Assembly: GCA_028534125.1 (NCBI GenBank)
Contig: CM052817.1
Coordinates: 97,590,001 to 97,654,000 of the forward strand
Direction: 5' to 3'
Origin: Lama glama
Taxonomy: Eukaryota
DNA: 64,000 bases
The position numbers were made by a program, and so were the translations under genes. This document shows positions 49,336 to 62,130 of this stretch, one piece after another. Position 1 is the first letter of the stretch. Each line of letters opens with the position of its first letter. The notes beneath the pieces are model-generated. The model was not told the DNA's origin. It ran no database searches and saw nothing but the letters and a program-made list of their open reading frames with translations.

Positions 49336-50614
49336 AAATAAAGTTTAAGAATTCATGCATTACTAGAAACCAAGACTTACTAAAAAGCTAAAGTAATTAA
49401 GAGTGTGGTATTTCCCCAAGGATATAAATTTGCCCAACTGGAAAAAAAATACAAAATGCAGAAATATCATACCCCTTAATGTTTATCTGATTTGCTACAA
49501 ATGTTCCACTGCATTTTAGGGGGAAAAGATGTCTTAGGCATGACTGTGGAATAATTGGATATCTATATGGAAAAAATAAACTTTGACTCTTTACAAAATA
49601 TTCTGTTCAAGGTGGATGAAAAATCTAAATATAAAAGGCAAAATAGTAAAGCTTCTTAAAAAATCAGGAGAATATTTTCATTATTTTAGGGCATGCAGCT
49701 TTACTAAATAGAATACAAAAAAGCACTAACTATAAAATAAAAGACTGATAAATCAAAATTCATTAATATTAAGAACTTCTGTTTTTCAAAACATCACTGA
49801 AAGAATGAAAAGGGTAGCCACATACTGAGAGAAGATATTCACAATACATACATCCAACAAAGGCTTGAATCCAGAATACACAAAGAGCCTTACAGATTGT
49901 TAATTAAAAGACAACAATCTCTTTACAAAATGGACCAAAGATTTGAATAGGCACTTCATAAAATTGGCTCCATAAAACTGAACAAGAGCATGGAATAAAG
50001 CTCAACATCATTATTCATCAAGGAAATGCAAACTAAAAGCAAATAAGGTATCATTTCATGTACACCAGAATGGCCAAATTAAAAAGATTGTTAATGAGGA
50101 CCGTATATGGACTAAAATAACACATATGGACTGTGGGTGAGTGGAACTCACTTGTATTCTTCAAGAGAATGTAAATTAGTACAACCCCTGCAATATCTAA
50201 CCATGTATATACCTCAAGGCCCACTAGTTCTCAACCTAGTGTATACCCAACGGAAATGATTGTGTATATCTACCAAAAGACACATAAAATAATGTTTCTT
50301 TTAACAGCTTTATTCATAATAGCATCAAAGTGAAATGATCTAAATTTTTATATAAATTGTATAACACTCATATATAAAAAGCAATGAAAAGATGGAACTA
50401 CTTCTACCCCCTACAATATAATTGATTCTCATACGTGTAATGTTGAGTAAAAAAGTAGAAAATAATGACTTTGCTCTATATTAACTATTTGCATGAAATT
50501 CGAGAACAATAAAAATTAATCCTTCTGAGATGTTGTTATTATTTTGCATCTGGATCTGGGAGGTATATGCTTATGCAAAAATCCATCCAGCTGTACACAT
50601 AAGACTTGTGCACT

Positions 50615-50710
50615 TTATATGTTCATGTATAACTGAAAAATTGTGCTTTACACTGGAATTTGACACAACATTGTAAAATGATTATAAATCAATAAAAAAT
50701 TAAAAAGAAA
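50615..50710 (+). mobile_element. Very short young L1 3' end
   Basis: tgtataactgaaaaattgtgctttacactggaatttgacacaacattgtaaaatgattataaatcaataaaaaa parallels the other young L1 termini in the window. Confidence 0.8.
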
Positions 50711-51877
50711 ACACGCACTTTACTATATGCATGCTCTTACTCAATTTAAATGTTTAAAAAAGTAAACAGGAAATTCTCAGAAAAACTAATCCAAATGGTT
50801 AATTTGGATTTTTTAATTTGGAAAATTTAATCCAATTTTCCAAAGGAAAATATGCTCAAAATTACAAATAAGGAAATGTATGGTAAAGTAACAATGAAAC
50901 ATCATTTTAGACATATGAGACTACCAAAAAATTAAAAAGCAGGCAACACACTGATGGTAGAAATGTGAATTATTATAATAGCTAGGAATGCAATCTGATA
51001 AGATCTATTAAAACTAAAAATACATACACTTTTGACCAAAGATATCACCTCTGATAATCTCATAGGAATAAAAACTCTAGTAGTTAGTTGATAATTATAA
51101 AAGTTGCAACATTGTTTATAGAGGATAAAAATGGAAACAAAGTTAATATTCAAGTAGAGTTGTTGATTTCAAAAATTTTGATATATATACAATATACATC
51201 ATTCCATAGTAAACAATAATTAAATGGGGCTAATTAGAACTATATAAGCTGACATGGAGGGATATGACTGAGAAATGGAAGATACAGAGACATGGATATA
51301 CTTTTATTATATATCAAAAAAGGAGAAAAATTCATAAATACATGTTTGCATGAAATTGTATGTTTATGCATAATTGCACATAACTGTGTGTTATAAGAAT
51401 ATGGAAAAAAGGAAGAATATACTAGATTTTTAAACATGGATAAGATGGTGAGATGGGTAATGGGGGTTTGGTGATGTTGACTAGGAAGGTAAGTAAAACA
51501 GGAAAAAATCAAACAAGTCCCACTGTATGTAGATAAGACTATATTTACACACTTAGGTCAAATTATGTATGCATGTGTGTATGCAAAAAGAAATTTAAAA
51601 CTGGCATTTACTTATAAAAACTATAAAAAATTAAACCCATAATTATTTCACCTGATACGACATAAGCATTTTTATGTATTTAGTAAATCTCTTGCTGTCA
51701 TTGTCAGGTTATACAATTGTATATTTTTTTCCTTTTAATTTTTTTTGTAGACGCTTTTTTTGTATCTCTGCGATCTTATGTTCCTACATTTAAATTGCTT
51801 CCTATTTCTTTCTAGATAATATATCACAATTTACTCATTTTCTGAATGCTGAATCATTCATCTTTTAAAAATAGGAT

Positions 51878-53495
51878 ACTTTTCACAGAACTAGAACAAA
51901 TAATCCTAAAATTTAGATGGAATCACAAAAGACCCAGAATTGCCAAAGCAATACTGAAGAAAAAGAATGAAGCTGGAGGAATAACCTTCCCAGGCTTCAG
52001 ACAATACTGCAGAGCTACAGTCATCAAAATAGCATGGTACTGGTGCAAAAACAGACATATGGATCAATGGAACAGAACAGAGAGCCTAGAAATAAACCCA
52101 CAAACTTTTGGTCAGTTAATCTTCCACAAAGGAGGCAAGAACATACAATGGAGAAAAGACAGTCTCTTCAGCAAATGGTATTGGGAAAACTGGGCAGCTG
52201 CGTGTGAATCAATGAAGTTGATTCTCTCACACCATACACAAAAATAAACTCAAAATTGCTTGGAGACTTAAACATAAGACAAGACACTATAAAACTCCTA
52301 GAAAAAAACACAGGCAAAACATTATCTGACATAAATCTTAGCAAAGTTCTCCTAGGGCAGTCTACCCAGGCAATAGAAATAAAAGCAAAAATTAACAAAT
52401 GGGCCCTAATGAAACTTACAAGCTCTTGCACCACAAAGAAAACTATAAACAAAACAAAAAGATGGCCTACGGAATGGGAGGAAATATTTGCAAAAGATGA
52501 GGCTGACAAGGGCTTAATTTGCAGAATTTATAAACAGCTCATATAACTTAATAAGAAAAAAACAAGCAACCTAATCCAAAAATGAGCAGAAGAACTAAAC
52601 AAGCAATTATCCAATGAAGACATACAAATGGCCCATAGGCACATGAAAACATGCCCAATGAACATCGCCAGAAATTCAAATCAAAACTATGATGAAGTGT
52701 CACCCCACACCAGTCAGAATGGCCATCATTCAAAAGTCCACAAACTAAATGCTGGAGAGGGTGTGGAGAAAAGGGAACCCTCCTACACTGCTGGTGGGAA
52801 TGTAGTTTGGTTTAGCCATTATGGAAAACAGTATGGAGATTCCTCAAAAGACTGAAAATAGACTTGCCATATGATCCAGCAATCCCACTCCTGGGCATAT
52901 ACCCAGAGGTAACTCTAATTCGACAAGATACATGCACCCCAATGTTCATAGCAGCACTATTTACAAAGCCAAGACATGGAAACAACCTAAATGTCCATTG
53001 ACAGATGATTGGATAAAGAAGTTGCAGTATATTTATACAATGGAAACTACTCAGCAATAAAAAGGAATAAAGTAATGCCATTTGCAGCAACATGGATGGA
53101 CCTGGAGATTGCCATTCTAAACGAAGTAAGCTGGAAAGAGAAAGAAAAATGCCATATGATATCACTTATACATGGAATCTGAAAAAAAAAAAAGACAAAC
53201 AAACTTATTTATAAAACAGAAAGAGACTCACAGACACAGAAAACAAAATTATGGGTACCAGTAGGTAAGGGGGTGGGAAGGGATAAATTGGGAATTTGTG
53301 ATTTGTGAATACTAACTAATATATGTAAAATAGATAAACAAGTTTATACTGTATACCAAAGGAAACTATATTCAATATCTTATAGCAACTTATGGTGAAA
53401 AAGAATATGAAAATAAATATATGTATGTTCATGTATGACTGACGCATTACACATTGTAAACTGATTATACTTCAATAAAAATATATATTAAAAAA
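51878..53495 (+). mobile_element. Young 5'-truncated L1 (ORF2 C-terminal third plus 3' UTR)
   Basis: ORFs 51846..52247 and 52256..52546 encode L1 ORF2p segments ([61 protein letters not shown]). Approximate TSD AAAA(T/C)AGGAT. Confidence 0.96.
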
Positions 53496-53908
53496 AACAG
53501 GATTATATTAACATTCTTATCATCACCATTTTTGTCCATAAACCATTCTTCCCTTTGTTTTAAAAAAAAATCATTTCATTAGTTTAAATTCTTAGGAATG
53601 TGATTGTTGGATCAAAAGTTATGATCATTTTTATAACTCTTCAAACATGGTGCCAGATTTCATCACCAAGGAGGGAAATAGTGGACACTAATACCAAAAA
53701 TTCATGTCCTTGATTTTTCAAATTTTCCCTTTAAAAATTTTTGTCAATTCAATAGATGTGAAAGGCATACTTTGTTGATTTAGAGGTAAAGATGAAGTTT
53801 TTTCAATATTGAGATAATCTTGTCATTGCTTTTTTGCTGATGCCTTTGAACTACTTTTATCCTTGGACTTTAGCATTGCTCTTTATAAATTGACATTTAA
53901 AATGTATT

Positions 53909-54255
53909 AAACATTTTTTAAAAATTGAAGTATAGTCAGTTTATAATGTTGTGACAATTTCTGGCGTACAGCATGTTTCAGTCAGACATACACACACATA
54001 TATTCCTTTTCATATTCTTTTTCATTATGGGTTACAACAAGGTATTGAATATAGTTCCCTGTGCTATACAGTAGAAACTTGTTTATCTGGTTTTGTGAGG
54101 ATTTCCTTTTATTTCCAATTGTAAGAGATATTCGGCCAAAGTTCAATAGGTACACTGTGAGATTTGTTCTGTATGCGTGGTTTTTGCTGTATTCATGAGA
54201 GAGGTGAGCACCGCACCCTTCTATTCTGCTGCCATCTTGGCAATCTCCCAACTCC
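53909..54255 (-). mobile_element. Bipartite mini-L1: 5' UTR start (54087-54255) fused to 3' UTR end (53909-54086)
   Basis: Minus strand begins ggagttggggagattgccaagatggcagcag, similar to the L1 start at 44764, and ends in the young L1 3' UTR. 11-bp TSD TAAAATGTATT at 53898-53908 and 54256-54266. Confidence 0.88.
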
Positions 54256-54709
54256 TAAAATGTATTTTATTTTATTTTTTTACAGATATAAACAATAACT
54301 TCGCTTAATCTGACTAATACCTCAACCATAATTAAACTCATAATAGTAAGCTACATTTACATTCAGGTTAAGATTAATCAACAAGAAGTCAAGTTCAAAC
54401 TTTGTGCTTCATGCAAACCAAACACATACTCGCAATAAACCAATATAGAGAAGTTCATCATTACAGAATTGAATCTTAGGTAGAACCTTTATATTTAAAA
54501 TGCATTTTAGACATATACTATTTTGAGAACATTTGGGAATTTTATGAGGAATAAAGGGATTTGATTTGTGCCAATGGAGTTTTGACTAGACATTCAAAGT
54601 TAAGGACATAATGAGGACACTGGACAAGTCAGGGGAAAAGGCAAATTTGCAAGAGAAGTGGAGTATGTGATAGTTGAGTAGCTGTGTTTGAAGACAATTT
54701 CTTTGCAAC

Positions 54710-54975
54710 ACATTGCCCTTTGCCTGGATAGTGCTCAGTAATCCTGCAGGACTCAGTTTAGATGTTGCTCCTCCAAGGAGGCTGCCTTGATGCTTCTACA
54801 CTTAAACTTTCATGCTTAAATAATACCTAGGAATGTCCCTGTCACCTTCATTTAATATCTTATCTTGTGTATTTGGGTTAATTGCTCATCTCCTCATTGA
54901 ACTTGAGAGCTGTGAAGACTGAAACTGTCACCTAACAGGGCAGCTAGCCTGTAGTTGGCAGTCGAAGAATAATGA
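54710..54975 (+). mobile_element. L2 3' relic
   Basis: ccctttgcctggatagtgctc...ggactcagtttagatgttgctcctccaaggaggc...ttgagagctgtgaagactg...gtagttggcagtcgaagaataatgaatg. Confidence 0.55.
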
Positions 54976-55504
54976 ATGTAGCAGTTTAGCTTGACCAGGA
55001 AGTAATTGTCTTATTTACTGTTGTTGATAATTAGGGTCATTCCTGTTAGCAGGACTGAATATGCTTGTTCCTTTATCATCTAAGAAAACTATAAATTTTG
55101 GGAGGAATCTCAGGTTAAACATCCATGTAGACAGGTAATTAGATATGTAAGCCTTCAATGAAGGGGTTTTTATAAAACAGTCCATTCCCATATGTAACTA
55201 GTGAAAAAATATGAGTGGTTTGTAAAAAGGTCTGTTACAACTGACCATGTGATTCTATGGGAAAATTATATAAAGTAATTCACCATCTTATAAAGTGATA
55301 TATGCCTTTAAATAGTTCATTTTCCATATTTTAATGGCTATCAGCCTTTGTCTACTGTGGCTAAATATCTGTTATCCTGGGCCCTAACAACAAAAAATTA
55401 TGAATGAAATATTATCACTAAGAAATAGCACCTAAACTTGGTGATTATATCACAGAAGGGATGCTGACTGTTCACACGTAGGCCCTGTAACAAAGACGAG
55501 AGTA

Positions 55505-55620
55505 ACAGCTAATACTTGTGTTGTGTGTACTTACATCACATGCGAGGAATTGTTCTAAGTGCTTTACTTTTAAATGCATTTAATTTTCACAAAAACCCTA
55601 TGAGGTATTGTAATTACATG
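55505..55620 (-). mobile_element. MIR relic
   Basis: aacagctaatact...ttgttctaagtgctttac...catttaattttcacaaaaaccctatgaggta. Confidence 0.7.
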
Positions 55621-55959
55621 TTGGCACTCCAAGATACTCTGGTGTTAACCTAGTTCAGCGAGGACACTCAGCCACACGGAGCTTAAGCGATTACAGTCCC
55701 ATAATCAGTGTACCAGGAGGGTCAACGCTTGGTCACAGGCTTCCAGAGTAGTACACTTCAGGTCTGCTTTCCTTCCGCTGGTCATTTCCAAACGTTTGGA
55801 TTTTAAGTTTTAAGCAAAGAAGGAAGAGCTGACATAATTTTTCAAACTTTTTTCTTATTCCAAGTAAGATGATTTAAAAAACAGTATCTTTACTTGGAAA
55901 ACGGCAAAAGAAAAAAAAAAAAGCAAAACCAACAAGAAGTAGTGAATAATCACACCAAT

Positions 55960-56100
55960 AATAACAATCCTGCTTAACATTTTTAAAATCATTTGTTATT
56001 AGCCAGACACTGCGCCACCGATTCCATGGATTGTCCTGTTTAATCCTCACACTCTCCCACAAAGTAAGGACTATTATTTTCATTTTGCCTTTATCATTCC
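55960..56100 (-). mobile_element. MIR relic
   Basis: gccagacactgcgc...tttaatcctcacac...ctattattttcattttg. Confidence 0.6.
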
Positions 56101-56249
56101 ACAGGAGAAAGTATATTTTATTGAAAAAAATATGTAGAAAGGACATGACTTCAAAAGTTTAGTCTTTTACATTGAATAAAATTTAGCTCTTGGCAATGAG
56201 TAGTGTGTGTATGTGTGTATCTTCGATTCGCCTGTTTGATTTTCTGTAC

Positions 56250-56535
56250 ACTGTAAAGCTAATCCATGGTATGATGCTATAAAGGTGGATACATGTCATT
56301 ACACACATAACCAAACTCACAGAACGTGTAAGACGAAGAAAAAACCCTAAAGTAAACCATGGGCTCTGGGTGGCCATGAGGAGTCCATGTATGTTCATCA
56401 GTTGTGAGAAGGGTGCCACTCTGTAGGGGATGTTGATGTGGGGGAGGGTATGGACGTGTGGGGGCAGGGAGCATATGGGAAATTGCTGTCGTTTCCACTC
56501 AGTTTTGTTGTGAACCTAAAACTGCTCTAAAAAAA
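56250..56535 (+). mobile_element. L1MC1/2-like 3' end
   Basis: ggtggatacatgtcattacac...aaccctaaagtaaaccatggg...ggggcagggagcatatgggaaat...ttttgttgtgaacctaaaactgctctaaaaaaa. Confidence 0.88.
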
Positions 56536-57849
56536 TTACCAAGTCTTCAAATACAAAACAAAACCAAAACAAAACCCCTAACCATGGACGATTATTTGCT
56601 ACCCCTGTCTAAGGCTACATTGCTCCCCTACCAAAAGATAGAAAAGTCCTTAGCAGCTGTTTGGAAAACTGCAGCAAGAGATGACTGCAGGTTTGCAGAA
56701 GAAGAAACATTAACTTGACATCCTGAAACACAATTTAAAGCCTTGCCGTATAGTTAAGATATTCTGGATGTAGCAGCAGCCAAAAGACCCACTTGGCAGT
56801 GAGTAAATTCTTGTAGCTCTTTTAGAGCAAAGATATCAGTAACCCATTGAGCAAAGAGACAGAGTCATGAGAAATGATTTGCTCTAAAATGGTCTCTAGA
56901 GCTACAAAAATAGGATAGTTCTCCTATGCGTCTGCCCGCGTGGCAAGACTGTCAGTCTCCCTCTGAGATTTTTAACCTTATCCATATATATGGCAAACAA
57001 CTCCATTAGTAGTGTTATCTGTGAATGCAAACTACAACAACACATTATATATGTGCGCTACCATATTTGCTGAATTTTAAAGTATGCAGCAATGTGAGAG
57101 TTGGAGTGAGGCTGTTGTTTATAACGTATATCATGAAATGAAGAACAGATGATCTAAGAATGAACATTTGTTGGAATGATCTCTCTGGGCTTAAATATTT
57201 ATTTTACTTCCTCAACCCCCCCTCCCTTTTTGACAAAGTACTATGTTTTCCAAAATCCACAATATGAAACCATGGAAAGTTTATGATAAAATCACCCCAA
57301 ATTGCTACCATAAATTATTACCTCCTACATAGTCTTTTTTTTTCCGTAATGTGCAATTAATCAAGGAAACAACTTATTCTCTCTAAGTAAGGAGCTCATT
57401 CTAAGAGTTTTATTTTAGGTGTGAGACAGGGTCTTGATTTCTGGGGAAAAAATTACGTGGTTGCCCTATAATATGTACTATGCTTCACTTCCATCTTCAG
57501 GGCTTTGTATACAATCCCAAGGAAGGAACACCCCTTGTCCTATTCCTCAGGGCAAGTGGGAACCCATCACTGTAAAAGCTCAAGGCTTTGAAGACAGTTT
57601 TGAAGGAAACAATGTCTCAGGTTGTTCACACAACAGATTTTTGGGAGGCACACTTGCAAGAGTTGATGAGAATCAAGATCTAAAGCTCATTAGAGAGGAT
57701 GAAGATTTATTTTCTCTGTTAACTCCTCCAGGGCACGGTGAGAATCCCATTGCCTATTTCATAGGATTCCTAGATTTCTCACTTGTTCTGATAAATTATT
57801 TCACCCAAAGCTTATTTATCCTTGTGGTGCAAATGATTTATCTGTTTAT

Positions 57850-57915
57850 TCATCCATCTGTCCATTCATTCTTCCATCCATCCATCCTTCCATCCATCCA
57901 CCCATCCAACCATCT
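57850..57915 (+). repeat. Degenerate (CCAT)n repeat at an L2-like tail
   Basis: catccatctgtccattcattcttccatccatccatccttccatccatcc, followed by tgcattgaacacctgcc. Confidence 0.8.
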
Positions 57916-58069
57916 TCTAATTAACTAATACATAAAAATATATGCATTGAACACCTGCCAGAGATACACAGTGTAAGTCCTGAAAATTCAAATATGAATG
58001 AAATGATGATTTCTGCTTCTGGAAAAATCGTGGGTCAATATAGTCATGCAAAATAACATTTGCTTCATT

Positions 58070-58895
58070 CCCTAAGTTAGTTTTCTAAAACTGAATCATG
58101 TCAAGACTCTTCAAGGGGTCTGTCTACATGGCTATCAGAATAAAACTAGTCAGTGTGCAATTTGAGATCTTCTCTGAGTTCAGCCTCAATGACTCTTGTA
58201 GCCTCACTGTGCACCATGTTCCTTTTCAAGGCTCACACTTTAGCCCAGTGACCTACTTTCTGCTTCTTGTACATTTGGTCCTTGTATTTTCCTGTCTCCT
58301 GAACGTTATTCATGCTGTTCCCTTAGTCCTGAAAAGACTTTTTCCAGTTCCAGGGCACAGCTCAAATTCTTCCTTCTTCAGGGGATTATTTTATTTTATT
58401 TTTTTATGATCCAACATTGTACTGTATTGCTACTGAGGGCCTCCAGCCTCACCCTCCTACAACTAATTATCAGAATGTTCTTCTAAAGCACTAATTTGAT
58501 CCTGTCACTCCATTTAAAACTAGTTAATGATTTTCGGTAAGTCCCTGTAAGATCAAGTTCTGGGTCTTCAGCACGGCATCCAAGATCCTTTATGACTTGA
58601 CTCTTGCCCCAGCCAATCAGAATCGTGTAACTTTCCTTGAGTGTAGTGTGTCCTCCTGCACGTGCAATCCTTTGACAAACTATTTTATTTTCCTGAAATA
58701 CACCCATTTCCTTTTTCTTTCAGGTTTCTATTTCGACGCCACTTCGAGGAAATCTTGATCCCTGAAGATGGGTTCAGGTGTCTCCTACGTGTTCCCATAG
58801 TGGCTTGTATTTCCCCTGGCAAAGTGCATAAAGGCACCTTGTCATGTTCACGTGCAACAGGTACCAGCAATAGGCATTCAATGAATGCTTAGTTG
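58070..58895 (+). mobile_element. L2 relics (two overlapping 3' fragments)
   Basis: ttgatcctgtcactccatttaaaa...gatcaagttctgggtcttcagcacggcatccaagatcctttatgact...caataggcattcaatgaatgct. Confidence 0.6.
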
Positions 58896-59789
58896 AGGAT
58901 GTTGAGCTGAGCCACCATAATTTCCCTCACGAAACGTACAGCTGGACATTGACTGCAATGTTTTATCACGTGGCCAAACAGCATGTGGGAACTGGTGGGA
59001 AGCAGGTGAGCACTGAGGCTAAATATTCCCACCCCAGGATGCGTACATTAAAATTTCTTATACAACTTGATTTGAAGCTTAGTTTTCAGGGGGTAAGATT
59101 AACAATTCCCTGTCTAAAATATTGTGGGTATGGATTCGAAAAGACAAATCACTAAGAGATGCAAAATCAATTAACACTTGGGCTGCAAGCAGTTCGTTTT
59201 TTATTTCATTTGTCCTTGGGAAGGGTGTCTTCATTATTTCTCAAGAAACCACTAAATTTTAGGTTAATCAACAGAACCTTTCCTGAGTAGCTGTGCAAAC
59301 AGTGAACATGGCCCCGGGGACAGGGTCACTTCTGCAGTGTATTCAAATTCTAGTAGTTACCATTGAAGGAACCCGAGGGAACCAAGATCAGTGGGTCATG
59401 CTCCCTGGAAGTCACCCATTGTGGAGATCTGCACAGAATGTGTCTGATTCACCAACCAGAATAAACAAACCTGGGGATTCTTCATAGTTTGTGTTATGTA
59501 TGGGGGACAGGAGCACGATTACTACTTGCAGGATGTAGCAATTGGGGCCACTGCTCATTGGATTTTAAAGGCAATGCAATCATATTTTGTAACCACAGTT
59601 TGGGGAAAGTTGGGGACTTCTGAGTTGTATACCATTAATTAACTCACACCAATTTTTCCCTTGTTTTTCAAAAAATCCATAGTTTTCACATTTAAAAAGT
59701 GAGTTAATAAAAAACTATGAAGCATAGGACCTTGACAAGTTACAGGCTGATTTCTCTGTCTCCAACCAGGACCTTACTGAAGGAGTTGT

Positions 59790-59940
59790 TTACCTGACTG
59801 TAAAAAAATCTTCAGAGGGGAAGATTCCATAACTTCCTTTGGTAATCAGTCCTTTTGTCTTCCTTGAAGTAATTTAGTTTACCTCTGTAATAGTTCTTCC
59901 TGCAGCAATTTAAAATCCTGTTTTCTTTTTGTGGTCTTGA
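59790..59940 (-). mobile_element. L3/CR1 relic
   Basis: ggaagattccataacttcctttggtaatc...ctgcagcaatttaaaatcctgttttc resembles the L3 3' region as I recall it. Confidence 0.5.
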
Positions 59941-61934
59941 CTTAAAATGACAGAAGTGCTTTGTATGCTATGATAAATGAAGCAAACTTTCAATTATATG
60001 TGCTAATGGGGTGGCCGACTGAGGAAGAGCTGGAACAAACGAAATCTAGCATTGTCTCCAAACCTCATTTTGGCTATTAGTTTTGACTTTTTCTCCAATA
60101 AACCTTTCAAAGAGTCTAGAAAAAAGCAACACGCTGATTTGAATTTTGTGTCTTTTCTTTTTCCCTTGCAGGTGGAGGTGATAATGATCACTGAAATCCC
60201 CAAAGGAGAGGGGGACAGCGGGAGATGGAGAAGTCAAGGGTGTGGATAAATTGGAGGCTACATTCATGCATTTGTAAAAGCTTTAGGTTTCTGGCTTACC
60301 AATCTGCTTTCTCCAATTGCTTTATAACTTCATTTAGCACTGTAAGTCGGGAAATCATTGTGCATGCATGTCATTTTGGAGGTGCAAAATGTGTCCTCTT
60401 GAACAATATCCTCCATCAAGCAATAGTAATGTATCCAGTCGGAGCTTGAAATCCATGAACTACACAACAATTAGTTGTTCCAAAGAAAACTGAACTTGCT
60501 ATTTTGTAAAAATGGGACAATAAAATAATAATTGCTCCTTAGTAATTAAAAATGCAGCCAATTAAAGGCATATACATTTACATAAATGGAAGAACCTTAA
60601 ATTTTGCATTTCCTGACTGATAGGATTAAACTTCCAAAGAAAGTGTGAATTAATGCAAATGTTAACATGGCATCTCCTAAATCCTTTTCTACTTTTACCA
60701 CCACGAACAGAATATAGAAAAGTAAAAATACATAATGAGAGGCCAGTCTCCGTTTGTTTTGTCATTTACCCAAGGAATACCAAGCGTGCTTAGAAACCGT
60801 GGAAAATGTAGCAAGATTTCAGGTACCAAACATCTATACAAGATTATATCTGTACCACCTTTATCTATACCATTGATATCTAGGTCTATACAGTGAGATC
60901 TAATCTCATATGATATATACATGCATCTCAGACTTCCTGGTAAGAAAGTTCGGACTGGCTTTCTCTTTTTCAGAGGCTGTCATATTTAGTGGTCCCACTC
61001 CTTTAGTGAGATCTTCCTCTTTATAATCTACAGGAGCATTTCTAGGATGGCTGCCTGGTTCCCTTCTGTCCCCAACAAAGCTTTTGTTTTCTTCTTTGTT
61101 CCTCTGCTTGTTCCCTTTCCAGTGGGATCTGGGTCCTATGATGGGGATCCATTTTTCTTAGGCATCTCTTCTTTCCGACTGGACCCCTCATTCAGTGACT
61201 TGGGCTAGGTGAGTGCGGGTCTCCATAGGGCTGCCTTTGTGTGCCTGTAAAGAAAAAAGTCCTCACAATTGGACCTTGAGCCCTACAATGCTAGGTTTAG
61301 GGTTACAACTATGGCCGTGTTGACTGTAAACTACTTAGGACATTTGGACATTGGAGTCTGGAATGATGCTTATTTACCAGATCCTCTTTGGAGATGGATA
61401 TAAGAAACAGCACACTGGAAGCTCTGTACTTTTCTCTGCTTTGCATGTTTGACATTGCTTAATAAACATCCCTGTGTATTGCTTCTCACCGTTACCTGCT
61501 CATTTATTGACTATCTCACTGTTATTAAATATTTTCTGACAATTGCAAAAGCTTATGCTCATTCTCATGAAGATTCATTTAAGATATAATTTCCAGAAGT
61601 GTTTTGCATTGTAAAAGCTGGAATCATCTGTCAAGAATAAACGCCTATCTGCTCAACCGAAGAGATAGAAAAATAGTGTTTGAAAAATGAGTTTCTGTAA
61701 GAACGCAAGTTATAATGACCCATAAAACACAGTTCTTTGCAAGCCATCACGTGCAGTCTTTATGCAGTATCAAATAACTTTTAAATAGTTTCTGTGGCCC
61801 TTCTTATCCCGACAACAAATGCATTTAAGTTTTTATTTCTCATGGATGAAAATCACTGGTGAAATTCGAGGTTTTACGGTGCAGCCGTGTTGTGATGGCT
61901 CACTGCTAAAAGTAGCCATGGTTCATGGCCTGTT

Positions 61935-62130
61935 GGTCTGTGGTTTCACTCTCTTGTAAGGAACTGAGGGGCGTGTCCCCACGTTGTGATCCAGTTTACT
62001 TGAATCCCCACCAGAGTTCCCGAGCTTACAGCCAACCACAGCGGGACCTCTGGTTGTACTCGCCTTTTAAGGTGTGAAGCTGTGGTCAGACGTGACTCAG
62101 TCCAGGTGGGGAGAAGTGAGGAAGAGCAGC
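61935..62130. promoter_or_regulatory. Candidate enhancer with RUNX, AP-1, KLF/SP, ETS and E-box motifs
   Basis: TGTGGTT 61939, AACCACA 62034, TGTGGTC 62081, TGACTCA 62093, GGGGCGTGT 61968, CAGGTG 62103, GAGGAAG 62118. Locally raised CpG in non-repeat DNA. Confidence 0.45.

Larger units (their letters stand above)
37560..50760 (+). mobile_element. Near-full-length ancient L1 (L1MC/ME-like) scaffold interrupted by at least four younger insertions
   Basis: ORF1-like sequence at 37600-38330 resumes at ~41255. Endonuclease and RT regions at 41850-44755. ORF2 end and 3' UTR at 49345-50760. The pieces are colinear. Confidence 0.7.

Noticed and set aside
57434..57928. 164-aa ORF
   Set aside because: Non-ATG start, no recognisable domain, and it runs into a (CCAT)n repeat; likely a chance ORF.
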